A stretch of 64,000 nucleotides of DNA from an uncultured Anaerolineaceae bacterium (GTDB lineage: Bacteria > Planctomycetota > Phycisphaerae > FEN-1346 > JAACEH01): NCBI GenBank assembly GCA_964500225.1, contig CAZCOA010000009.1, positions 195 to 64,194 on the forward strand, written 5' to 3'. A program made the translations under genes and the position numbers. Within the stretch, counting starts at the first letter, position 1. Every line of letters begins with the position of its first letter. Below the pieces are notes generated by a model. That model was not told the origin of the DNA and made no database searches. It saw only the letters and a program-made list of their open reading frames with translations. Below, one piece after another: positions 29,639 to 39,459 of this stretch.

Positions 29639-31078
29639 ATGGAGAATAGATACAGTCGGTGGCTGTACGATCACTCTCCCGTCTGCGCCCAGAACCTGTT
29701 CTCGTCGATCTACGGCCTGAAGAAGCGGCTGGATCGCTACCGCGGCGACGACTATAAGCGATTTCTCGAGTTTTTCCGGGCCTGCGAGGGATGGAGCGTC
29801 GAAGAACTGCGGGCCTACCAGAACGAGCGACTGACTGAGGTGATTCGCCACGCGTACGACTACGTGCCCTTCTATCGGCAGCGCTTCGACGCGTTGAAGC
29901 TTCGGCCGGACGACATCCGCACCGTGGACGACCTCCCCAAACTGCCACTGCTGACCAAGGACGACATTCGCGGTGCCGGCGCCGACATGACGGCCCGGGG
30001 CTATCCGCGGCGAAAGGCGCTCGTTGCGAACACGTCGGGGTCCACGGGCTATCCACTCACCCTGTGGCGGAGCCGCCGGTCCAACCAGATGGAGTACGCG
30101 TTCACCTGGGCCCGCCGTCGGCCGGGGGTTTGTCGCGGCAGGCCGTATGCCTCTTTCACCGGCATACATATCGTCAGGTCCGATTCCTTCACGCCGCCCT
30201 TCTGGCGGATGAACTGGGCCTCGCGACAACGGTGCTACAGCGTCTTTCACATGACTGACGAGACTATGCCGCTCTACCTGGACGACCTGAACCGGCACCC
30301 GATGGACTGGTTCCAAGGATACGCCACGCCAATCTACCTCCTGGCTGAGTTCGTTCTGGACAAGGGGTACCCGTTCACGGCCTATCCGAAAGCGGTCTTC
30401 ACCACCAGCGAGCAACTTCTTCCGGGCTATCGCGAGGCCATTGAGACGGCGTTCCACACCAAGCTCTACGACCAGTACGGTCTGCACGAGCAGACATGCA
30501 GCATCACCGAGTACCCGTGCGGCCACATGCACGAGGACATGGAATATGCTATCACGGAGTTCATCCCGGTGGGCCGCGAGGGCGACGCCACGGTCGCAGA
30601 GATTGTGGGGACCGCCCTGTACAACGAGGCGATGCCGCTGATCCGCTATCGCTGCGGCGACTTGGCGCTTCTGCCCGACCATCCACCGGCCTGCAATGCT
30701 CATCCGTCGCGAATCGTGAGCGCCATCTACGGCCGCACGAACCACGTGATTGTGACGGGCGACGGACGAAAGATCAGTAACATCAGTGTGATTGTTACGC
30801 GGTGTCGCAATGTCAACGCCGTGCAGTGTATCCAGGACGAGCCGGGTACCATGCGATTGCGCGTCGTCAAGGGGCCCTGCTTCTCCGCCGAGGACGAAGC
30901 CGAACTGCTGAGACAGTTCCGGTTGCGGGTCGGCGAGCAGACCGAAGTCCGCGTCGAGTACGCTTCCGATGTGTTGCGGACGTCCTCGGGGAAGACCTTG
31001 GCGATTATCTCCAATGTTGGAAAGCCGCAGCCGGGCGCTGCGGCCAAGGCATCTGGACAAGAGGTGCCGGCCGGATGA
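29639..31078 (+). CDS. Adenylate-forming ligase of the PaaK/CapK (coenzyme F390 synthetase-like) family
   Basis: AMP-binding motif NTSGSTGYPLT. LIRYRCGD and GRTNHVI motifs. C-terminal SSGKT. GGAGGA SD upstream of the ATG. Confidence 0.75.
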   Translation: MENRYSRWLYDHSPVCAQNLFSSIYGLKKRLDRYRGDDYKRFLEFFRACEGWSVEELRAYQNERLTEVIRHAYDYVPFYRQRFDALKLRPDDIRTVDDLPKLPLLTKDDIRGAGADMTARGYPRRKALVANTSGSTGYPLTLWRSRRSNQMEYAFTWARRRPGVCRGRPYASFTGIHIVRSDSFTPPFWRMNWASRQRCYSVFHMTDETMPLYLDDLNRHPMDWFQGYATPIYLLAEFVLDKGYPFTAYPKAVFTTSEQLLPGYREAIETAFHTKLYDQYGLHEQTCSITEYPCGHMHEDMEYAITEFIPVGREGDATVAEIVGTALYNEAMPLIRYRCGDLALLPDHPPACNAHPSRIVSAIYGRTNHVIVTGDGRKISNISVIVTRCRNVNAVQCIQDEPGTMRLRVVKGPCFSAEDEAELLRQFRLRVGEQTEVRVEYASDVLRTSSGKTLAIISNVGKPQPGAAAKASGQEVPAG

Positions 31079-31088
31079 AAGAGGTCGC

Positions 31089-32279
31089 ATGCGCATCCTC
31101 ATGATCTGGTCCGAGAATCTGAACAAGCCCGGGGGCGGGAAGACGCATTTCGTCAACCTGGCCAGGGAGTTGGCTGTCCGCGGGCACACTGTTCGCATTG
31201 TGGCGCCGGGGTATCCGCCGAGAACCACTGAGGATCTGGGGGTGCCGGTGTCGTATGTGCCGACATTTCGCCGCAGCACGGCCGCGTTTGCCTTGTTTCA
31301 CCTCCTGCTCGCGGCGGCGATGCCGTGGTTTCTGCTGCGGTACCGCCCGGCGGTGGTCTTTACGCGAGGACTCTTCCATTCGTTTCTGATCTTCCTTATC
31401 TGCCGGTTGTTCGGGTGCGCCTACGTCGCCGGCATCGACAGCATGGCTCACTATGAGCTGGAGATGCGCGGGCTGTCGCGAATAACGCTGGGCCTGGTGC
31501 GGCTGGCCGACCGGCTGAACCTTCGGTGGGCCTCGGCGTTCATCTGCGTAACCGAGGGGCTTCGCCAGGAAATGATCCGCCGGGGCAACCGGCCGGAGCG
31601 CGTCGTGGCGATTCACAACGGGGCGGAGGTCGGCGTCTTTGTGCCTGGCGACCAGGCCGCGGCGCGGCGCAAGCTCGGCCTTCCGGCCGAGGCGGTGCTG
31701 GTGGGCTTCGTCGGTACGCTGTCGGTGTATCAGGGATTGGATCTGCTGATCGACGCGGCGGCGCAGTGCCCCGACGGGGAGCGGCCGGTTCGTTTTGTGA
31801 TCGTCGGTAGCGGCGACCGCCATGGCGAGGTCGTTGAGCATATCGAGCGAAGCCGCCAACAGGAGCGGTTCCTTCTGCGTCCGGCGGTGTCGCACGAAGC
31901 GGTGCGCGAGTACTTGGACGCCCTGGACGTGGAGGTGATCTGCGTCCATGACGAGCGGACATTGCGCTACGGGCTGTCGTCGCTGAAGTTCTGGGAGGCG
32001 CTGGCTGTGGGGTTGCCGATCCTCGTGCCCGATGCGAGCGGGCTGGGCGACGTGCTTGCGGAGTTGAAGTGGCCGGCGGTTTACCGCACGGGCGATGCAG
32101 CGGATCTGGCGGCTGTGTTGCAGCGTGTCATTGCCGATCTGCCGCGTTTGCGGACGCGTCGCCAGGAGCTTCACGATACGGCCTGTCGGCGGCATAGTTG
32201 GGCGGCGGTGGCCGAGGCCACGGAGATCGTTTTCGAGCGTCTGGCCGGCGGCCTGGCGGCGACGGAGGCCGGGGCATGA
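31089..32279 (+). CDS. Glycosyltransferase, GT4 family
   Basis: MRILMIWSENLNKPGGGKTHFVNLARELAVRGHTV. C-terminal LKFWEALAVGLPILV (EX7E-like). The track start at 30969 overlaps the ligase gene. Confidence 0.75.
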   Translation: MRILMIWSENLNKPGGGKTHFVNLARELAVRGHTVRIVAPGYPPRTTEDLGVPVSYVPTFRRSTAAFALFHLLLAAAMPWFLLRYRPAVVFTRGLFHSFLIFLICRLFGCAYVAGIDSMAHYELEMRGLSRITLGLVRLADRLNLRWASAFICVTEGLRQEMIRRGNRPERVVAIHNGAEVGVFVPGDQAAARRKLGLPAEAVLVGFVGTLSVYQGLDLLIDAAAQCPDGERPVRFVIVGSGDRHGEVVEHIERSRQQERFLLRPAVSHEAVREYLDALDVEVICVHDERTLRYGLSSLKFWEALAVGLPILVPDASGLGDVLAELKWPAVYRTGDAADLAAVLQRVIADLPRLRTRRQELHDTACRRHSWAAVAEATEIVFERLAGGLAATEAGA

Positions 32280-33523
32280 CGACGAAGGCGCAGAGCAATC
32301 CGCTTCGTATGCTTCAGGTGGCGAACCAGCCTGGGCCGTTCTACTGTTTCCTGCGGCCGCTGGTGTTCGAACTCATGCGCCGCGGCATCGAGGTGGACGT
32401 GGCGTGCAACTCGGGCGACGAGCGGTTCGAAAAGCTCCGAAGCGCCGGCATGAACGTGCTGCCGCTGACGGTTGGGGCGTGGACGTCGGCCGGAACGTGG
32501 CTCACGCTGCATCGCCAGTTGCGCGACCTCATGGCCCGCAAGGCCTACACTATCTGCGTGGTCCACACGCCGGCGATCAGTTGGATCACGCGGTGCATGG
32601 CTGCCGCGGCGGGCATTCCTGTAGTGGCCTATACGGCTCATGGGTTGCCGTTCTTCGAGCGGCAGGGGCCGCTCACGTACTGTACCCTGCTGGCGGTGGA
32701 GAAGTTCTGTGCGCGGTACACGGATTTGCTCTTGGTGGTGAACTCCGTGGACGCCGCGGCGGCGGCAGAGCACCGGTTGGTCAAGCCTGGCGGGTTGGTG
32801 CGCCACATTCCAGGTCCTGGCATCGATGTCGGCCGGTGGCAGCAGGCGCCGTCGCCGGAGAAGCTCGCGGCCCTTCGTCAGGAGTTATCGCTTGGCCGGG
32901 ACACCCGCGTCGTGACCTACATGGGCCGGCTCATGGAGACCAAGGGGGTTCTGGATCTGGTCGAGATGCTCGCCCTGCTGCGTCAGAGTGGGCGCGACGT
33001 GGTGCTGGTGATAGGCGGCACGGGGCCGCTCCAGCAGGCGATGTCCGACCTGGCGGCGCGCCGCGGCGTCGCCGACCGTCTGCGCCTGCTCGGTTGGCGC
33101 GACGACGGCGTGGCGTTGATGTGGCTGACTGACGTGTTGGTGTTGCCCAGCACGTATCGTGAGGGGCTGCCGACGGTGCTCATGGAAGCCGGGGCCGCGG
33201 GCAAGCCGGTGGCGGCCTACCGTAATCGCGGCAGCGACGATATCATTGTGGACGGCGAGACGGGCTACAGTGTGGCGGCGGGGGATGTGGAGGCGTTGGC
33301 TGCCGCGGTGGGGCGTCTGACGGATGATTCCGAGCTGGCCCGCCGCATGGGCGAGGCCGGACGCCGTCGCATATCGAGCACCTTCGGATTTGCTCAGGGA
33401 GTTCGGGCCCAACTGGATGCCTATGCCGATGCCCTGGAGGCCAAGGGCATCGACGCGTCGCAGCTTCGAGGCGAACTGGGCGACCCCGTCTTCTCGCTCG
33501 TCGAAGGGCAGGGGCAGCCATGA
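32276..33523 (+). CDS. Glycosyltransferase, GT4 family
   Basis: ATGA overlap with the previous stop. REGLPTVLMEAGAAGKPVAA (EX7E region). Confidence 0.75.
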   Translation: MTTKAQSNPLRMLQVANQPGPFYCFLRPLVFELMRRGIEVDVACNSGDERFEKLRSAGMNVLPLTVGAWTSAGTWLTLHRQLRDLMARKAYTICVVHTPAISWITRCMAAAAGIPVVAYTAHGLPFFERQGPLTYCTLLAVEKFCARYTDLLLVVNSVDAAAAAEHRLVKPGGLVRHIPGPGIDVGRWQQAPSPEKLAALRQELSLGRDTRVVTYMGRLMETKGVLDLVEMLALLRQSGRDVVLVIGGTGPLQQAMSDLAARRGVADRLRLLGWRDDGVALMWLTDVLVLPSTYREGLPTVLMEAGAAGKPVAAYRNRGSDDIIVDGETGYSVAAGDVEALAAAVGRLTDDSELARRMGEAGRRRISSTFGFAQGVRAQLDAYADALEAKGIDASQLRGELGDPVFSLVEGQGQP

Positions 33524-34644
33524 AGATCGGCTACATCTTGCGAAGCCTTGAAGATTCCGGCGTAACGGTGTACTGTTTGCGTCTGGCTGAGGCCATGCGC
33601 CATCGAGGACACGAGGTGTTTCTGGTCAGCGACGGCGGCGTCTATGCCGACGAGGTGAGGCGGCGCGGTCTGCGTTACCACCATCTGCCGCTGTGCCGCG
33701 GACCGCTGCGGTCGTACGTGGCGGCGCGACGGTTGGCGGACATCGTGCGGACTGAGCGGCCCGACATATTGCATGGCAACTGGCGTCGTGCCCAGATGGC
33801 CTGTCACCTGGCCGAGAAGGCCACGGGCGTGCCCTATGTCACGACGCTGCACCTGGTAGGCATTCCCGACTCGTGGCTGTACCGTCGCCTGAGCCATTGG
33901 GGCCGTCTGACGATTGCCCCGTGCAGCGAAGCGGTCGCCTATCTTCAGACGCATTTCGGCGTGCCTCGGGAACGGATTCGTCTGATCTTTCACGGGGTGG
34001 ACTGTGAGCAATGGCCGGCGACCACGGCCGAGCGGCAGGTGGAGGCTCGTCGGCAGATCGGGTTGCCGTTGGAGGCGCCCGTGTTGGTCTGCGTAGCGCG
34101 GCTCGAGGCCGTGAAGCGGCACGATCTGCTGCTTCGCGCGCTGGCCGAGGCGCGGCGGTCCGAGGCCGGAGCCGGCCTGCGGTTGCTACTGGTGGGCGAC
34201 GGCCAAGAGCGGGAGGCGCTAGGTCGCTTGGCCGGAGCATTGGGGCTGTCGGAGGCGGTCACGTTTCTTGGGTTCGCCGACCCGCATGGGGCCCTGGCGG
34301 CAGCCGATGCGTTCGTTCTGGCCAGTGACAAGGAATCGTTCGGCTTTGCGCCGGTGGAGGCAATGTTTACGGGCCGGGCGGTGATTCGCACTGACAGCGA
34401 AGGGGCTCGTGACCAGATCGTGCCCGGTGAAACGGGGCAGATTGTGCCGCGCGGCGATGCGGGCGCTCTGGCTGTTGCGATCCGCGATGTGGCGGCCCGG
34501 CGCGGCTTGTGGGCAGAAGCCGGAGTGCGTGCCAGGGCGGTTGCCGTTCAGCGATTTGGGATCGAGCGGATGGTTGAGCAAACGGAGCAATGCTATAAGG
34601 ATGCTCTATCGGACGCCGGGGCGGCGTCGGTTCGGGGCTGCTGA
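33520..34644 (+). CDS. Glycosyltransferase, GT4 family
   Basis: ATGA overlap with the previous stop. MKIGYILRSLEDSGVTVY...RGHEVFLVS. ESFGFAPVEAMFTGRAVI (EX7E region). Confidence 0.8.
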   Translation: MKIGYILRSLEDSGVTVYCLRLAEAMRHRGHEVFLVSDGGVYADEVRRRGLRYHHLPLCRGPLRSYVAARRLADIVRTERPDILHGNWRRAQMACHLAEKATGVPYVTTLHLVGIPDSWLYRRLSHWGRLTIAPCSEAVAYLQTHFGVPRERIRLIFHGVDCEQWPATTAERQVEARRQIGLPLEAPVLVCVARLEAVKRHDLLLRALAEARRSEAGAGLRLLLVGDGQEREALGRLAGALGLSEAVTFLGFADPHGALAAADAFVLASDKESFGFAPVEAMFTGRAVIRTDSEGARDQIVPGETGQIVPRGDAGALAVAIRDVAARRGLWAEAGVRARAVAVQRFGIERMVEQTEQCYKDALSDAGAASVRGC

Positions 34645-34723
34645 GGCTGGGGGACGGTCGCAGGGACGCGTTGATCTTGGGAACGCTTGGTAGTGAACAG
34701 GTGTGTAGTCTGTGGACGATACT

Positions 34724-35770
34724 ATGCCTATTCGAGTGTCCGCCATTGTCATTCTCTACAACGAGGAGAAGTACATCGGTCGGTGCCTGGAGTGTCTGGC
34801 GCGTCAGACCTATCCGCACGAGCACCTGGAGGTGCTGTTGTGCGACGGGGGCAGTACGGACCGTTCGCTGGACATTGCGCGTTCGTTCGAGTCTCGGCTG
34901 CCGAACCTGCGGATTTTGCACAATCGGGAGCGTCGGGCGCCGCAGGGACTGAATCTGGGTATCCGCGAATCCACGGGTGACGCCGTGATCATCATGGGCA
35001 GCCATTGCGTGTACAGGGACGACTACGTCGCGCGCTGCGTCGAGGTGCTGGAGGCCACCGGGGCGGCCTGCGTGGGCGGCCGGATGCTGACCGAGTCGTC
35101 GGGCAAGGGGCTGCTGGCCGAGGCGATCCGCCTGTCGCAGGAGAGTTCCTTCGGGACAGGGGGTTCCCGCTGGCGCAGCGGCGGCGAGGCCGGCTACGTG
35201 GACACGGTGCCGTACGGTTGCTACCGTCGCGAGGTGTTTAACCGCGTGGGTCTCTTTGACAAGCGGCTGCCGCGCAACCAGGACAACGAGATGTCCAGCC
35301 GCATCATTGCCGCCGGATACAAGATCTACTTCGATCCGCGCATCGAGTCGACGTACTTCACGCGGGGCTCGCTTGGGGCGTGCCTTCGGATGCACTGGGT
35401 GAACGGGTATTACCATTGCATGACATGGCGGCTGAACCCGCGGAGCCTTCGCCCGCGGCACTTTATTCCGATGCTCTTCTTTCTCGGTCTGTTGGGCACG
35501 GCGGCCATGTGGCTGGTCTGCCGACCGTTGGCGTGGATCGGCACGGCGGTCTTGGCGGCATACCTTGTTCTGGACCTATACTTCTCCGTTCGTATCGCCA
35601 TGGCGCACGGTGCGAGGTTCTTGGCGGTGATGCCCTGGTTGTTTCCGCTGACGCACTTGGTTTACGGTTGCGGCACTCTGGCGGGCTTGGTGGTTCATGG
35701 ATTGAAGCGGGTGCCGGACAACCCCGAGGTCCGCGGGCGGCGTGATCCGACTGTATCGGAGATGCCATGA
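34724..35770 (+). CDS. Glycosyltransferase, GT2 (GT-A) family with C-terminal TM helices
   Basis: VSAIVILYNEEKYIGRCLECLARQTYP...LLCDGGSTD (DxD-type region), followed by 3-4 hydrophobic helices. Alternative GTG start at 34712. Confidence 0.8.
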   Translation: MPIRVSAIVILYNEEKYIGRCLECLARQTYPHEHLEVLLCDGGSTDRSLDIARSFESRLPNLRILHNRERRAPQGLNLGIRESTGDAVIIMGSHCVYRDDYVARCVEVLEATGAACVGGRMLTESSGKGLLAEAIRLSQESSFGTGGSRWRSGGEAGYVDTVPYGCYRREVFNRVGLFDKRLPRNQDNEMSSRIIAAGYKIYFDPRIESTYFTRGSLGACLRMHWVNGYYHCMTWRLNPRSLRPRHFIPMLFFLGLLGTAAMWLVCRPLAWIGTAVLAAYLVLDLYFSVRIAMAHGARFLAVMPWLFPLTHLVYGCGTLAGLVVHGLKRVPDNPEVRGRRDPTVSEMP

Positions 35771-36351
35771 CTGTCATCTCGCGAGGGATCAAGCGGATGT
35801 GCGACGTGATGTTTGCGGCGGTAGCGCTGGTTGTTCTGGCATTGCCGATGCTTCTGATTGCGTGGCTCATCCGGCGGGGCAGCCCCGGCCCGGCGATCTT
35901 CCGGCAGGAGCGCGCCGGGCGGGACATGAAGCCCTTTGCACTCTACAAGTTCCGGACTATGCGGGCCGACGCGGACCCCTTCGGCGACAGCCCGACCGAC
36001 GCCGCCGATCCGAGGCTCACGCCCATCGGCCGGTGGCTTCGCGAGACAAGCCTCGACGAGTTGCCCCAACTGTGGAACGTGCTGAAGGGCGACATGAGCC
36101 TGGTGGGCCCGAGGCCGCTCTACATGAAACAGGCGCGCGAATTTACCGAGCGGCAACGTCGTCGCCTGGAGGTCCGACCGGGGTTGACGGGGTTGGCGCA
36201 AGTGAGCGGCCGGGGCGATCTGCCGCACGAGGAAAAGCTTGAACTGGACGTCCAATACGTGGAAAATGCGTCGTTGTGGCTCGACCTGAAGCTGCTGTGC
36301 AGGACCGTCGGCCACGTTTTCCGCCGCAGGCAAGTCTACCAGAAATGGTGA
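35767..36351 (+). CDS. Small monotopic phosphoglycosyl transferase (bacterial sugar transferase, PglC/WbaP-C-terminal type)
   Basis: KRMCDVMFAAVALVVLALPMLLIAWLI re-entrant helix, ALYKFRTMR, DELPQLWNVLKGDMSLVGPRP. ATGA overlap with the GT2 gene. Confidence 0.9.
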   Translation: MTVISRGIKRMCDVMFAAVALVVLALPMLLIAWLIRRGSPGPAIFRQERAGRDMKPFALYKFRTMRADADPFGDSPTDAADPRLTPIGRWLRETSLDELPQLWNVLKGDMSLVGPRPLYMKQAREFTERQRRRLEVRPGLTGLAQVSGRGDLPHEEKLELDVQYVENASLWLDLKLLCRTVGHVFRRRQVYQKW

Positions 36352-36382
36352 CGGTGCATTTCGAGGTTCGACTGAAGGAAAC

Positions 36383-37375
36383 GTGTGTCCTGTGAGCAAG
36401 AGCGACTTTACGATTTTGTTCTCGTGCATCGGCCGCCGCGTGGCGCTGGTGAATGCATTTCGCGAGTCGATGGAGCGGCTGGGTCTGAAAGGCCGCATCC
36501 TCGGCAGTGATATGGCGCCGCACTCTTCGGCGTTCCAGGTCTGCGACGAGGCCCACGTGGTGCATAGCAGCACGCACAAGGACTATGTGAACCAACTCGT
36601 GGCCCTTTGCCGCGACAAGGGCGTGGACCTGCTGATTCCGCTGATTGATCCCGAACTGCACATCCTGGCCGGCCTGAACGCCCGATTCCGGGAGGTCGGG
36701 ACGACGCTGTGTCTGTCGTCGAAAGAGGTAATCCGCATCTGCCGCGACAAAGTGCGGACGCACGATTTCCTGAAGAAGGCGGGCATCGACACGCCGGCCC
36801 TGCTGTCGTACGACGAGGTGCGCGACGAGGACTTGCCGCTGTTTATGAAGCCGCGCGACGGAAGCAGCGCCAAGGACATTCACCGGATCAGCACGCGTCG
36901 GCAACTGGAGTTCTACCGGCAGGAAGTGCCCAGCGCGATCATCCAGGAGTATTTGCCGGGAGAGGAGTTCACGCTCGACATCTTTTGCGATTTCACAGGG
37001 GAACCGCGGTGTGCCGTGCCGCGGCAGCGGCTGGAGGTGCGCGGCGGCGAAGTCGTCAAGAGCATGACCGTCAAGGATCCGCAGATTATCGAAGTGGGCA
37101 TGGCAACGGCCCGAGCGCTGGGCGGCTGCATGGGGCCGATTACGCTTCAGTGTTTCCGGACGAATTCCGGCCGCATCAGCGTCATCGAGATCAACCCGCG
37201 ACTGGGCGGCGGCGTGCCGTTGGCTATTGCGGCCGGGGCCGACATCCCTGGATGGATCATCCAATGCACCCTGGGACGCACGCCGCAGATCGATCCGATG
37301 GCCTTCGCGGACCAGTTGGTGATGTTGCGCTATGACGAGGCGTTCTTCGTGCCCAGGGATCGGCTGCCGACATGA
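36383..37375 (+). CDS. ATP-grasp domain enzyme (carboxylate-amine ligase type)
   Basis: Pre-ATP-grasp region (FSCIGRRVALVNAF...DLLIPLIDPEL). ATP-grasp core (LFMKPRDGSSAKDIHRI, IIQEYLPGEEFTLD, VIEINPRLGGG). Alternative GTG start at 36392. Confidence 0.75.
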   Translation: MCPVSKSDFTILFSCIGRRVALVNAFRESMERLGLKGRILGSDMAPHSSAFQVCDEAHVVHSSTHKDYVNQLVALCRDKGVDLLIPLIDPELHILAGLNARFREVGTTLCLSSKEVIRICRDKVRTHDFLKKAGIDTPALLSYDEVRDEDLPLFMKPRDGSSAKDIHRISTRRQLEFYRQEVPSAIIQEYLPGEEFTLDIFCDFTGEPRCAVPRQRLEVRGGEVVKSMTVKDPQIIEVGMATARALGGCMGPITLQCFRTNSGRISVIEINPRLGGGVPLAIAAGADIPGWIIQCTLGRTPQIDPMAFADQLVMLRYDEAFFVPRDRLPT

Positions 37376-38052
37376 TTGAAGCCGTGGCTTTCGATCTGGA
37401 CGACACGCTCATCATGGAGCGCGACTACGTCCGCAGCGGGTTCGCCGCTGTGGCGGCCGAACTGGATCGCCTCGTCGGCCCCCGGTGCGACTGGTTCGCG
37501 TGCCTGTGGCGAGGATTCCAGGAGGGCGTCCGCGGCGACGCTTTCAACCGCGTGCTCGCCGCGGCCGGCGTGACGGCCGAAGAGGCGTTGGTCGCGCGGC
37601 TCGTGCGCTGCTATCGGGAACACCGGCCGCGGATCGCACTGTGCGATGATGTGTTGCCGGCCCTGCGGCGGCTGGGTCTGCCGCGAGAGAGGCTCGGCGT
37701 CATCACCGACGGTCCCCTGGCGACGCAACAGCGTAAGGCCGGGGCCGTGGGGCTGGAGCGCGTGGTGGGCTGCGTGATTTTTACGGACCGCTGGGGCGTG
37801 GCGTACTGGAAGCCGCACCCGCGGGCGTTCGAGGAGTTTGAGCGGTGGACGGGTTGTTCGCCCGAGTCGTGCGCCTATGTGGCCGACAATCCGACGAAGG
37901 ATTTTCGTTCGCCGCATGCGCGCGGGTGGACCGCCGTCCGGATCGTGCGGCCGGGCGGCCTTCACAGCGGCGAGGCGGCTGCCGCCGACGAGGTGGATCA
38001 CACGATAGACACCCTGGCCGATCTGCCCGCAGTCCTGGGGCTGCAACGTTGA
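37372..38052 (+). CDS. HAD-superfamily hydrolase
   Basis: Motif I AFDLDDTL (DxDxT). ATGA overlap with the ATP-grasp gene. ITDG (motif II-like) and VADNPTKDF (motif IV-like). Confidence 0.75.
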   Translation: MIEAVAFDLDDTLIMERDYVRSGFAAVAAELDRLVGPRCDWFACLWRGFQEGVRGDAFNRVLAAAGVTAEEALVARLVRCYREHRPRIALCDDVLPALRRLGLPRERLGVITDGPLATQQRKAGAVGLERVVGCVIFTDRWGVAYWKPHPRAFEEFERWTGCSPESCAYVADNPTKDFRSPHARGWTAVRIVRPGGLHSGEAAAADEVDHTIDTLADLPAVLGLQR

Positions 38053-38067
38053 GTGAGGACTCTGCCC

Positions 38068-39363
38068 ATGCTGGCTTCATTCCTGCCCGACACGAACGTC
38101 GATGACTGGACGCTGCTCCATGGCATCTGGGGGCCGCATATCTGGATTCTGACCGGGTCGATGGTTCTGTCACTTGTGCTGACGCCGGTCTTTCGCACCA
38201 TCGCCCTGCGCTACAAAATCTACGACATGCCGGACGAGCGGCTGAAGACCCATAAGCGGCCGATTCCGTACCTGGGCGGCATTGCGATCTTTTTGGCCTG
38301 GGCCATTCCGGTGTTTGTCGTTGCTCTGATCCAGACCCTTTGGCCGGGCAACGTGCCGGCCGAGACGGCCGAGGTGATCCGCCAGGTGGGCCGCGATGTG
38401 CCCGAACGCTGGATTCATAACCCGGAGTCGCTGTTCTGGGTCCTCGGCGGCGGGCTGCTGATGATGGTGCTTGGCGTTATCGACGATACGCGCAACCTGT
38501 CGCCGAAGGCCAAGATTATCGGCCAGGTGGCGGCTGCGGGGCTGCTCGTTGCCGGCGGCATGACGTTTCGCGCCCTGCCGACCCGCATGCCGGACGACAT
38601 AGGCGGCTTTGTCCTGTTTCCGTCTGATGCCTGGTGGGTGCTGGCCCTGGGCATCGCGTTCCAGGTGGTTCTGGTTGTCGGCGCGTCGAACGCCACGAAC
38701 CTGCTCGACGGCCTGGACGGCCTGTGCAGCGGCGTCACGGCCTTTATCAGCGCGGGGTTCCTGCTGCTGGCCACCAGCCTGATGGCCTGGGACCTCTACG
38801 GCCCGACCGGCACGTCCTACGTCAACAGCGAGCCAATCGTGCTGCTGAGCTTTGCATTGCTGGGAGCGGTCATCGGATTCCTCCCGTACAATTTCAACCC
38901 GGCCTCGATTTTCATGGGCGACGCCGGCAGCATGTTCCTGGGCTACATGGCGGCGGTTTTTATGATTCTTTTTGCCGAGAAACCCGTCGGGTTCAAGTGG
39001 TTCCTCGGGGCCATGGTGATCTTCGGGCTGCCCATCTTTGACACGGGCTTGGCGCTGATCCGTCGCCTGGTCAACCACCGGCCCATTTTTGCCGGCGACC
39101 GCAGCCACTTCTACGATCAGCTCGTGGACCGTGGATGCAGCGTCAAAACGAGCGTGCTGATCAACTACGGTCTGTCGGCCCTCTTCGGTCTGATCGGTGT
39201 CGGCATTATCTTTCTCGAACTGCGTTACGCTTTGCCGATTTATCTGGTGATCTTCGCCGGCATCGCCGTGGCCGCCTTCAAGCTGGGGCTGGTCCGCGTG
39301 GATCAGTCGTCCGCGGCGGTCCCGACCGACGGTGCAGCAAAGGATCGTGAGTCGGCGACCTGA
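38068..39363 (+). CDS. Polytopic polyprenyl-phosphate HexNAc-1-phosphate transferase (MraY/WecA/WbpL family)
   Basis: NATNLLDGLDGL, FMGDAGSMFLGY and IFDTGLALIRRL motifs, with about 11 TM. In-frame GTG at 38053 is an alternative start. Confidence 0.85.
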   Translation: MLASFLPDTNVDDWTLLHGIWGPHIWILTGSMVLSLVLTPVFRTIALRYKIYDMPDERLKTHKRPIPYLGGIAIFLAWAIPVFVVALIQTLWPGNVPAETAEVIRQVGRDVPERWIHNPESLFWVLGGGLLMMVLGVIDDTRNLSPKAKIIGQVAAAGLLVAGGMTFRALPTRMPDDIGGFVLFPSDAWWVLALGIAFQVVLVVGASNATNLLDGLDGLCSGVTAFISAGFLLLATSLMAWDLYGPTGTSYVNSEPIVLLSFALLGAVIGFLPYNFNPASIFMGDAGSMFLGYMAAVFMILFAEKPVGFKWFLGAMVIFGLPIFDTGLALIRRLVNHRPIFAGDRSHFYDQLVDRGCSVKTSVLINYGLSALFGLIGVGIIFLELRYALPIYLVIFAGIAVAAFKLGLVRVDQSSAAVPTDGAAKDRESAT

Positions 39364-39459
39364 GAAGGCAAAGACCTCTTGGATTGCGACCGGCGGCGCC
39401 CACGGCAAGACGCGCGTGCCGGCGAAGTCGGTGGTGCTATGGAAAGGAGTCCGTGTCGC

